From: Nemertoderma westbladi
Taxonomy: Eukaryota > Animalia > Xenacoelomorpha
DNA: 64,000 bases
Assembly: GCA_032718475.1 (NCBI GenBank)
Contig: JAUCBJ010009127.1
Coordinates: forward strand, 30,904 to 94,903
Reading direction: 5' to 3'
Shown here: piece by piece, positions 37,401 through 46,400 of the stretch
Numbering within the stretch: position 1 is the first letter of the stretch
How the letters are laid out: every line of letters begins with the position of its first letter
Notes under the pieces: generated by a model
What the model was told of the DNA's origin: nothing
Seen by the model: the letters and a program-made list of their open reading frames with translations, nothing else
Databases searched by the model: none
Made by a program: the position numbers and the translations under genes

Positions 37401-39976
37401 TTTAATCCGTCTGGATGTCCAATAAACTTTAACGCCATTAACTTGGGAGATCCTTCCAAGCACTCGATGAGGTATCTAAGTTTTTCTCCATTAGATAGTA
37501 CAGAGTTCTGTATGTTATCTTTGTAATATTCATTAAAAGGTAACCATTTCATCTCATCTCCATTGAACTTGACGATCTCTCCCACCTTTACCGCTTGCCG
37601 GGCTTCGGTTCTAGCCATTTGACGCGTAAAACTTTCTTGGGCCATCGTGTTATTTAATATCGAGTTATCGGTATATAAATTTCTCGGATTATGATCAGTT
37701 CTATAGGGAATGTCATTATCAACAGGTCTATAATTACCCTTAATAGGGTTCACTATAGGAGTTTCTACTTCGCTAGCAGTATATATGCGTGTAGGCTCCA
37801 CACCTTGCGCATGAGATACTTGAGACCTAACAGGTTGACACATTGTTACAGAGGGTGGCGGTATACCCTTTTGAGTATTTACTAATTTATCGCGTTCTAG
37901 CGCGATACTTTGCTGCACTTCTTGCAACTCTAGCCTACTTTCCCTTACTGTGCCCTTGAATTGCTGGACAGTCTCCTGCATCTGCCCGAGCAGGATATCC
38001 ATCCCCCGCCGTCTCTCGTCCACCCATTCGACCGCCGAAGCGGGAGTCGCCAACGTTGTTGCGGGCGGACGAGGGACAACGGGCGACAAATTATGAATAA
38101 TTCGCTCGGGGTCCAGGACCGGAACTGTCCCCTGGGCAGTTCTACGGGGCACAGGTAGCTTAGTGCTATGCAGAGGGAATTTAGAGGTGGTCTCAGGGAG
38201 CACAGGTGCGTCTATCACCGAAGGGGTGATTTCAAGAATAGGCCTAATTATTTCAGGCTCATCTACTATCGTAGGGAGTCTTTCCATTTTAATTGTTTGG
38301 TCTGTGGGCTCTGTACTACCTAAGTTGGTGTTATTGAGTTGCCTTCTAACAGCTGGAGGCAAATCAGGCAATTTCTGACGGTGGAATGTTCTTTTACGTC
38401 TGCTTAGACGAGATCTATTTCCTTTGCCTTCAGTATCGGTGGTATCGCCTTCCTCAGATGATGTATATCCCTGTCTTTTGGGAGTAGATCGATTCATCAT
38501 CTGCATATTACTAGCTGTTAACTGTTTATTTATGCAGTCTTGATTCTCCTGAATGTTTTCCAATTCTAATTGGGTGGTTTCTTCAGTCGCTCTCCGTTCG
38601 GCTTCTGCCACTGCCTCTGCGGCCTTTCTTTCAGCCTCGGCCGCCTTTGCTTCTGCCGCTGCCGCTGCCGCTGCTGCTGCTGCTTTTGCCTCTGCCACTG
38701 CCGCTGCCGCTGCCGCTTTTGCCTCTGCCGCTTTTGCCTCTGCTGCTGCCTCTGCCGCTGCCGCTTTTCTTTCTGCTTCTGCAGCTACCACTGCTGCTTT
38801 CTTTCTGTCTTCTATACGTTTTTTCTTTACTTGTTCTTCTTGGGCTCGTGTGATGCGGAGTTGTTCATGAAATTCAGCCTGGTTCGCAGCCCCCATTTCC
38901 ACATCGATGGCATCCAACACAAGCTTGGTTCCTTCACTATTAGGGCTAAGTCCCTCTAACCTTCTCCTCAACTCGTCATCACCTAAAAAACGTTGATAGT
39001 CTGACAGATAGATATCAATGGCATCCCTCTTATGCGGTTTCTCTGCCGTCGCTTCACTTTCCACCTGGGAAAAAGTAGCGTCTGTTGATTCTCCATGGGT
39101 TGATCGCTCCTCTAGCTGAGCTTTCCACTGAGCTGTTCCTTGAACCTGGAGATTCACCCTTTGAAACCATGTCTTTACGGCGACTTGCAACGACGTGTCT
39201 TGTCTTCGTTTAGAAGCCTCCTCAAAGGCCGATAAGATTAGCCTGATTCGTAGAATTCTTTCTCTAACTTGATAAAGCAGCAATCCCTGCTCTTGAGGTC
39301 CTTGAGGTTGATGAAACAGTTGTTCTTTTAATCGCTCTATAGAGCTGAAGAATCCCTGTGCGTATCCGGCTGCGGACCTCTTCCACACAGCTGGATCGAT
39401 GGTTTCCTTGGCTACTCCCATCCGGTGTATGTCTTCCCAGGCAGCTTCTGATAAATCAAACGGGAGTCCGGGTCCGGGGAAGTTCCATTGCGACTCGACA
39501 ATAGACTTCAGTTCTTCACTCGTGTATCCCGCATAACTATCTCTAGTTGAACGCTGGCTTCTCGCCCAATCGATCTGGTGTTCTTCCACAGCGATCAATA
39601 ACCTAGTGAGTACGGCTGCAGGAAGGATGAGAAGGGGATCTGAATAAGCCTCATCCATCATCCTTTCTCCGCGTTCGGGTGTCAGTTCTACCGTATCTTC
39701 ACTACTGGAGCTATCGGGCCGTTGAGAAGTAAGTTCTTGGCTCGCGGGTTGTTGCTGTTCCGCTGCTTCTTGGTCCCGTTTGACCTGAGCTCGAGTGCCT
39801 ATGATAGACCTACGATGTTGAACCAGCCTAGGTTCTTTTATCACTACCGGAGGGATGACTTTCCTCACAGTGGGAGGTGAACTGAACTTACGACTAGACG
39901 GTTCTACGCCTCTATCTGAGTCGCAGATAGTTACATCTAATAAACTGTCTGACAGGTTCTGCTTAGTATCAGACAT
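34454..39976 (-). CDS. gag-protease-reverse transcriptase polyprotein (1840-aa segment)
   Basis: Long N-terminal extension with an Ala/Glu/Lys coiled coil; KFNGD..KW Gag capsid-like motif; knuckles CALCDGTHHLNRC, CYNCLRQGHQRRTC and CAKCGAKHHILLH; protease LLDSGS; RT motifs RVVFDGS, GPNL, DIEGMFLQV, FG..SSP, YMDD and LGLKWD. Confidence 0.96.
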   Translation of the reverse strand: MSDTKQNLSDSLLDVTICDSDRGVEPSSRKFSSPPTVRKVIPPVVIKEPRLVQHRRSIIGTRAQVKRDQEAAEQQQPASQELTSQRPDSSSSEDTVELTPERGERMMDEAYSDPLLILPAAVLTRLLIAVEEHQIDWARSQRSTRDSYAGYTSEELKSIVESQWNFPGPGLPFDLSEAAWEDIHRMGVAKETIDPAVWKRSAAGYAQGFFSSIERLKEQLFHQPQGPQEQGLLLYQVRERILRIRLILSAFEEASKRRQDTSLQVAVKTWFQRVNLQVQGTAQWKAQLEERSTHGESTDATFSQVESEATAEKPHKRDAIDIYLSDYQRFLGDDELRRRLEGLSPNSEGTKLVLDAIDVEMGAANQAEFHEQLRITRAQEEQVKKKRIEDRKKAAVVAAEAERKAAAAEAAAEAKAAEAKAAAAAAVAEAKAAAAAAAAAAEAKAAEAERKAAEAVAEAERRATEETTQLELENIQENQDCINKQLTASNMQMMNRSTPKRQGYTSSEEGDTTDTEGKGNRSRLSRRKRTFHRQKLPDLPPAVRRQLNNTNLGSTEPTDQTIKMERLPTIVDEPEIIRPILEITPSVIDAPVLPETTSKFPLHSTKLPVPRRTAQGTVPVLDPERIIHNLSPVVPRPPATTLATPASAVEWVDERRRGMDILLGQMQETVQQFKGTVRESRLELQEVQQSIALERDKLVNTQKGIPPPSVTMCQPVRSQVSHAQGVEPTRIYTASEVETPIVNPIKGNYRPVDNDIPYRTDHNPRNLYTDNSILNNTMAQESFTRQMARTEARQAVKVGEIVKFNGDEMKWLPFNEYYKDNIQNSVLSNGEKLRYLIECLEGSPKLMALKFIGHPDGLKQVWDTLNIRYGNRNNIAKYLYAKLVAPRKFISSGIIEFSDEIQEICRQLDWLGKSHEYQSSMVIGAVASTLPKGGVGTRWDKKVLYMMEQQRRDPTMADLMSFLDGEVKLQLLKQSREKTPENKVSEKPVSRRKVTPVCYTDDGESQTSQGEDSGKDTDRSYYVNKMPKDQVSKFKSRANDRREQVRKTPPTSPKRIQVRKPEEKASVHNVTQNKVSNIKPKCALCDGTHHLNRCDEFLKKSLTERREVMWDKRLCYNCLRQGHQRRTCFSDIRCAKCGAKHHILLHAEFDRNSPSQVSDSELHVQFSDVNDTDQSEMEGFYTDEFSDENESCYMINTAVYRALTYEKDTDNDFTLTTSERQPSWKEPSSNVGIREFPVVQVRVHGPKRSYVVNALLDSGSTGTFIDKELAEDIFAGQPKFQTKLNMSGIMQVWKSTITADYYVGALSTPQDELGEHSIRSVKMVAIKNFATTQADLYNWDEDESIQHLNIPRFQTDYPGVQILIGQNAHEALETLEKRPAQPQPLQTYAVRTRVGWYFTGPSRRTLRERLPPESVCQVSEWEDDTSEGDNLTEGTPYSSDNDDVHQLFDEENTIDLLKENEAWQNQVNLCQLLYPSEREAYNDELNDVIERHNAKTRDEHAVRFFTQEAVEPNSYDKALSVEEERAKQIQETTTRFLKDQGRYEVGLPFRKKEPKFINNRPLAEKRIAQLHRRLTANSSAKAMYQTQLEKFISKGYAERVPEETPVNERTYYLTHHYVPKPGKPHEVRVVFDGSALYMGQSLNSELLPGPNLLQSLLGILLRLRQYSIAFASDIEGMFLQVKVLDKDRDSLRFLWWPEGDLNQKPVEYWMTIQAFGIISSPSNACSVVRTTAEDNREAFSKEVIDNIKRDIYMDDNLKSLPSVEEAIEVAKGTVECLKRGGFRLTKFTSNSREFLESIPAEDRGAKDLDLIKDDLPETKTLGLKWDTERDILFFPAKTAR

Positions 39977-41344
39977 GTTTATGTTTACAGTGGAATGTCT
40001 ACTGCTATATTACAGTCTGAGCACGTCTAGTAACTCAGTATTAACTGCTAGCCTAGTAATTAATTACCGGTACTGCTACTCAGTGTAGCGTGATATATAT
40101 AATATATTATAATACCGGTATGCTTATAGTATATATAACTATTATTACAAACCAGGTTTATCGCAGAATACCGGTATAATTTTAGCACAAATATATATAA
40201 ATATATAATAGGCCTATCGGAATACCGGTATACAGCTTACAGTTTTGTAGTATATATAAGTATAATTCTGGACTAGAATTAATTATAAGGTACCGGTATA
40301 ATTTCAGCCTAAATTTATAGAAATAGAGATAATAGGCCTATCGTAAATACCGGTATATCAATTATTTTAAATAATTGAATTTCTGAATTTTAGGTTACTT
40401 GGTTACTTTACTTACTTTATTACCATTTTTTGAGCAGTAGACCAACTGATATGGAGACCTAATGGTTGTATGGTAGGCCTACTATTTATAAATCGTTAGA
40501 TTTGATTTATAATATATTTATACCCGTTTTAATGGGTTTAGTCAATGTTTGAAATAAATGTTATTATTTCTGGGGAGTAATCACTACACAAAGCGGTGCG
40601 CTTTCAGTGAAGTGTTACTCATAGGACACTAAAACAAATAATACTAATTTACCTAAGTTACTTAATACTACAAATTACGTACAATTCGGGTGAGATTACA
40701 ATCTCTAAATAAACACAAAATTTACAAAAACACAAAATACGAAATTTCAGGGTAATTTTACAAGAAGTCTACAAACCAGCCTAACAAAGGGTTAGAAATC
40801 TGATTATTACAACGGACAGGGTACTGCGGTATTTGAAAATAATACGTAGTAGTAAATACACTGCGTTGTCCAGATAGGAAAATACCACCGCCTGACGACC
40901 TATAGCCGTTTCGCTACAGGTACTACGTTATGTATCACGGAGTGTTCCTACCTAGAAGTTAATAGAGCTAATCGAACGTGCCTATCAACCACTTTACAAC
41001 ACAAATATAATGCCTACTAATTACTTTCGGAAAGCACTGTACACTAAACCCTAAATTAGGTACGAGTACTTGTATAACATATAATCTGTAGTTAAATATA
41101 CTTGAACAGCTAAAAGAACCACGGCATCTGCTGGAGTGACCGATGCACAAAATCACCAGTCTTTACCTACGCCAAGCAGCCCGTGTAGTACCGGGGTTAA
41201 TTTAACTATAGCAGTATGTATAACAAACACAATTACTGTAGGAACAAACTTGGGGAATGAATGTTGCGAATAATCGCATAAACTCTGAATAATAAATATT
41301 ACGCTACGCGTACAAACTACTCAAACAAAATGCAGACCGAACAC

Positions 41345-41862
41345 TGACAGACTACTATCAAGCCTAAACAAACTACGGTATATGCAGACTCCGAAATAAT
41401 TAGGTAGTATGCGTTCTAACCCAGTAGTACGACTTATTCTTTAGTTGGGGGTTTACCTTACAGCATTCGCTGCCCCTACTTCCTAACCGTTCTTTATCGG
41501 ACAAGTGATCTACACACGCTGCAATCCGTTCAGACCTAATAACAGCCAGACAAATATCCAGCCTACAAATTATCTCAATAAAATTATACACTACCCGTAC
41601 AGACTTACACAAACAAAGTACAGACTAAACGATGGCAGACTACTCTCAAGCCTAAATAAACTACAGGACATGCAGACTCCGAAATAATTAGGTAGTATGC
41701 GTTCTAACCCAGTAGTACGACTTATTCTTTAGTTGGGGGTTTACCTTACAGCATTCGCTGCCCCTACTTCCTAACCGTTCTTTATCGGACAGATGATCTA
41801 CACACACTGCAATCCGTTCAGACTTAACAACAATCAGACAACAGCTCAGCCTACAAATTGTC
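41345..41862. repeat. Direct duplication (~230 bp, period 288 bp) in the retrotransposon 5' leader
   Basis: ATGCAGACTCCGAAATAATTAGGTAGTATGCGTTCTAACCC...TTTATCGGACA is identical at 41382 and 41670. Confidence 0.93.
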
Positions 41863-42037
41863 TGTACAATCTGATCAGGCTTACACGCCTTCTGTTCAAT
41901 ACTGGCCTACAAATAAATAAAACTTGACAGAAATAAGTAAACCATATAAAGGAATAAGGGTGATCAATCCCTAATCCCTTAAACAGCCTACCGGTATGCA
42001 ACAATCAAATCGAATAATACTAGTGTACTTATACGGA

Positions 42038-42160
42038 AGTACCGGTTAGGACAGTTAGGCCTACGGACCTACAGAAGTACCGGTTCTGGCAGTTGGGCCT
42101 ACTGACCTACGGCAGTACCGGTTCTGGCGGTTGGGCCTACTGACCTACTGAAGTACCGTT
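42038..42160. repeat. 38-bp tandem repeat (3+ copies) near the primer-binding position
   Basis: AGTACCGGTT(CT/AG)G.C.GTT.GGCCTAC.GACCTAC units begin at 42038, 42076 and 42114, with a partial copy at 42152. Confidence 0.9.
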
Positions 42161-42216
42161 CAGGTTTACCGGTTGACCGGTACTTTCAACTTTATTGCTT
42201 ACTGCAATAAAGAAGC

Positions 42217-42228
42217 TATATCCGTTAT
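42217..42228 (-). promoter_or_regulatory. Non-canonical primer-binding site (ATAACGGATATA), complementary to an internal LTR 12-mer
   Basis: Directly follows the CA end of the 5' LTR on the minus strand and has no TGG. Exact reverse complement of minus-strand LTR sequence at 42979-42990 (and 25426-25437). Confidence 0.65.
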
Positions 42229-43406
42229 TGTTCGCGCTTTTAGACCTTTGGCAGTTTAACCCGCCAAATCAGGATGTCTTCTAGATAATAAATCACCTTT
42301 AGTCTATGACAAGTATTTAATTCACTACACTAGTCGAAACCAATCTGTGCGCGATCATTCACCCGCTGGATATACCCGGGAGATTGGGTTCGACGGCTTA
42401 ATTTTTATTGCTATGTAAGCCTAATGTATTATTCGACTGACAGTATTATATAATCTCTGACAATATTATTCACCTTCGGGGAATATTAACAGTTCCTTTA
42501 GGACGTGGCGCTCTATCTATATAGACAGAGTTATGACTTAAACTACTCACAACGATATGGCTTAGTTATAATTCACATATATGGCGCATTCTTTAGGAAA
42601 TGCTTCGTTATCAGTATCACTCATACACGATGCTGCACAATACTGCACACTGATCTGCCGATCTTCACTGATTTTAGTTATATATAAAAGGAACACGGAC
42701 CGACTCATGTAGGGTCTATCAAATAACATTAGATTCACTTCAAACCACTTTAACATAAGTCACAATCGTTATATGTAACCTTTCTCTCTTACCTTCGGTA
42801 TATCAAGAATAATGGGTTTCTGGGTTATTTATCGTTATTCCAAATATAATAATTCATCAACCATATTATGAAGAACTGACAGTAAATAGCAGTATAACAA
42901 TATAAAAGTATGCACAGTAATTCAGTGTGCGTTAAGTTCATTAGTTTGATATTAAGTGTTGTGTTGTGATAAATGCAGATAACGGATATATGCCCTTTAT
43001 AATTAAGCCTACTAGTGTTAGACTAAAACAGAAAAGCACAAAATATTTACAAGCCGTTCTCTCCTGGCTTAGGAAAGAAAGACCAACAACACTGAAAACT
43101 GATAAGAATAACCTTATTTACAAAGGCTTCCACCCAACACAGAGAAAGAGCATAAAGATAGGAAAATTCAGTTCAGTAGATCTGTGATAGGTCGAAATCA
43201 AAATCAACTCAAATCCTATAGGCAGATACTTTCCCAAGCTGGTTGGACAATTAAACGTAGCCCAGATCCCTTCGCACAGCGAATCAGCCAATCAGCCGGT
43301 AGCTTGCGCTATTCGAGTTATAGATCCCTTTCTAGAGTATTCTAGCGACTGGGGGGGAACTGGTTAGCAAGGCAAACGAATCAGTTATCCCACAAAAGCT
43401 TTTACA
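42229..43406 (-). repeat. 5' LTR (1178 bp)
   Basis: Copy of 24676-25853. On the minus strand there is a TATAAA at ~42996-43001 and an AATAAA at ~42404-42409. Confidence 0.98.
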
Positions 43407-46400
43407 CTTCATCTTCCACTCAGTTGTGGTTGATTCACGCACCCTTGCAATCTTCATCTTCCACTCAGTTGTGGTTCATTCACGCACCCTTGCAATCTTC
43501 ATCTTCCACTCAGTTGTGGTTCATTCACGCAACTTGCACTTTTCATCTTCCACTCAGTTGTGGTTCATTCTCGCACCCTGCAGTCTTCATCTTCCACTCA
43601 GTTGTGGTTCATTCCCGCACCCTTGCACTCTTCATCTTCCGCTCAGTTGTGGTTCATTCACGCACCCTGCAGTCTTCATCTTCCACTCAGTTGTGGTTCA
43701 TTCACGCACCCTTGCAATCTTCATCTTCCACTCAGTTGTGGTTCATTCACGCTCCCTTGCACTCTTCATCTTCCACTCAGTTGTGGTTCATTCTCGCTCC
43801 CTTGCACTCTTCATCTTCCACTCAGTTGTGGTTCATTCACGCACCCTTGCAATCTTCATCTTCCACTCAGTTGTGGTTCATTCACGCTCCCTTGCAATCT
43901 TCATCTTCCACTCAGTTGTGGTTCATTCACGCAACTTGCACTCTTCATCTTCCACTCAGTTGTGGTTCATTCTCGCACCCTTGCACTCTTCATCTTCCAC
44001 TCAGTTGTGGTTCATTCACGCAACTTGCACTTTTCATCTTCCACTCAGTTGTGGTTCATTCACGCAACTTGTACTCTTCATCTTCCACTCAGTTGTGGTT
44101 CATTCTCGCACCCTTGCAATCTTCATCTTCCACTCAGTTGTGGTTGATTCACGCACCCCTGCACTCTTCATCTTCCACTCAGTTGTGGTTGATTCACGCA
44201 CCCTTGCAATCTTCATCTTCCACTCAGTTGTGGTTCATTCTCGCACCCTGCAGTCTTCATCTTCCACTCAGTTGTGGTTCATTCCCGCACCCTTGCACTC
44301 TTCATCTTCCGCTCAGTTGTGGTTCATTCACGCACCCTGCAGTCTTCATCTTCCACTCAGTTGTGGTTCATTCACGCACCCTTGCAATCTTCATCTTCCA
44401 CTCAGTTGTGGTTCATTCCCGCACCCTTGTACTCTTTATCTTCCACTCAGTTGTGGTTCATTCTCGCACCCTTGCACTCTTCATCTTCCGCTCAGTTGTG
44501 GTTCATTCACGCACCCTGCAGTCTTCATCTTCCACTCAGTTGTGGTTCATTCCCGCACCCTTGTACTCTTTATCTTCCACTCAGTTGTGGTTCATTCTCG
44601 CACCCTTGCACTCTTCATCTTCCACTCAGTTGTGGTTCATTCCCGCACCCTTGTACTCTTTATCTTCCACTCAGTTGTGGTTCATTCTCGCACCCTTGCA
44701 CTCTTCATCTTCCGCTCAGTTGTGGTTCATTCACGCACCCTGCAGTCTTCATCTTCCACTCAGTTGTGGTTCATTCACGCACCCTTGCAATCTTCATCTT
44801 CCACTCAGTTGTGGTTCATTCACGCAACTTGCACTTTTCATCTTCCACTCAGTTGTGGTTCATTCACGCACCCTTGCAATCTTCATCTTCCACTCAGTTG
44901 TGGTTCATTCACGCAACTTGCACTTTTCATCTTCCACTCAGTTGTGGTTCATTCTCGCACCCTGCAGTCTTCATCTTCCACTCAGTTGTGGTTCATTCCC
45001 GCACCCTTGCACTCTTCATCTTCCGCTCAGTTGTGGTTCATTCACGCACCCTGCAGTCTTCATCTTCCACTCAGTTGTGGTTCATTCACGCTCCCTTGCA
45101 ATCTTCATCTTCCACTCAGTTGTGGTTCATTCACGCACCCTTGCAATCTTCATCTTCCACTCAGTTGTGGTTCATTCCCGCAACCTTGTACTCTTCATCT
45201 TCCGCTCAGTTGTGGTTCATTCACGCACCCTGCAGTCTTCATCTTCCACTCAGTTGTGGTTCATTCACGCTCCCTTGCACTCTTCATCTTCCGCTCAGTT
45301 GTGGTTCATTCACGCACCCTTGCAGTCTTCATCTTCCACTCAGTTGTGGTTCATTCCCGCACCCTGCAGTCTTCATCTTCCACTCAGTTGTGGTTCATTC
45401 CCGCACCCTGCAGTCTTCATCTTCCACTCAGTTGTGGTTCATTCCCGCACCCTGCAGTCTTCATCTTCCACTCAGTTGTGGTTCATTATCGCTCCCTTGC
45501 ACTCTTCATCTTCCGCTCAGTTGTGGTTCATTCACGCACCCTGCAGTCTTCATCTTCCACTCAGTTGTGGTTCATTCACGCACCCTGCAGTCTTCATCTT
45601 CCACTCAGTTGTGGTTCATTCACGCACCCTTGCAATCTTCATCTTCCACTCAGTTGTGGTTCATTCACGCTCCCTTGCACTCTTCATCTTCCACTCAGTT
45701 GTGGTTCATTCTCGCTCCCTTGCACTCTTCATCTTCCGCTCAGTTGTGGTTCATTCACGCACCCTTGCAGTCTTCATCTTCCACTCAGTTGTGGTTCATT
45801 CCCGCACCCTGCAGTCTTCATCTTCCACTCAGTTGTGGTTCATTCTCGCTCCCTTGCACTCTTCATCTTCCGCTCAGTTGTGGTTCATTCACGCACCCTT
45901 GCACTCTTCATCTTCCACTCAGTTGTGGTTCATTCCCACACCCTGCAGTCTTCATCTTCCACTCAGTTGTGGTTCATTCTCGCTCCCTTGCACTCTTCAT
46001 CTTCCGCTCAGTTGTGGTTCATTCACGCACCCTGCAGTCTTCATCTTCCACTCAGTTGTGGTTCATTCTCGCTCCCTTGCACTCTTCATCTTCCGCTCAG
46101 TTGTGGTTCATTCACGCACCCTGCAGTCTTCATCTTCCACTCAGTTGTGGTTCATTCACGCACCTTTGCAATCTTCATCTTCCACTCAGTTGTGGTTCAT
46201 TCTCGCTCCCTTGCACTCTTCATCTTCCGCTCAGTTGTGGTTCATTCACGCACCCTGCAGTCTTCATCTTCCACTCAGTTGTGGTTCATTCCCGCACCCT
46301 TGCACTCTTCATCTTCCACTCAGTTGTGGTTCATTCTCGCTCCCTTGCACTCTTCATCTTCCACTCAGTTGTGGTTCATTCTCGCTCCCTTGCACTCTTC

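Larger units (their letters stand above)
24676..43406 (-). mobile_element. Full-length BEL/Pao LTR retrotransposon, 18,731 bp
   Basis: Two 1178-bp TG...CA LTRs. 5-bp TSD CTTCA at 24671-24675 and 43407-43411. Domain order is gag-PR-RT-RH-IN, with the triple zinc knuckle typical of BEL/Pao Gag and the TKR..LS...FDPLG and LHVFGDAS Pao motifs. Confidence 0.97.

Noticed and set aside
38553-38959. Poly-Ala, Cys-rich and Leu/Pro-rich +strand ORFs
   Set aside because: These are antisense shadows of the low-complexity Gag segment.
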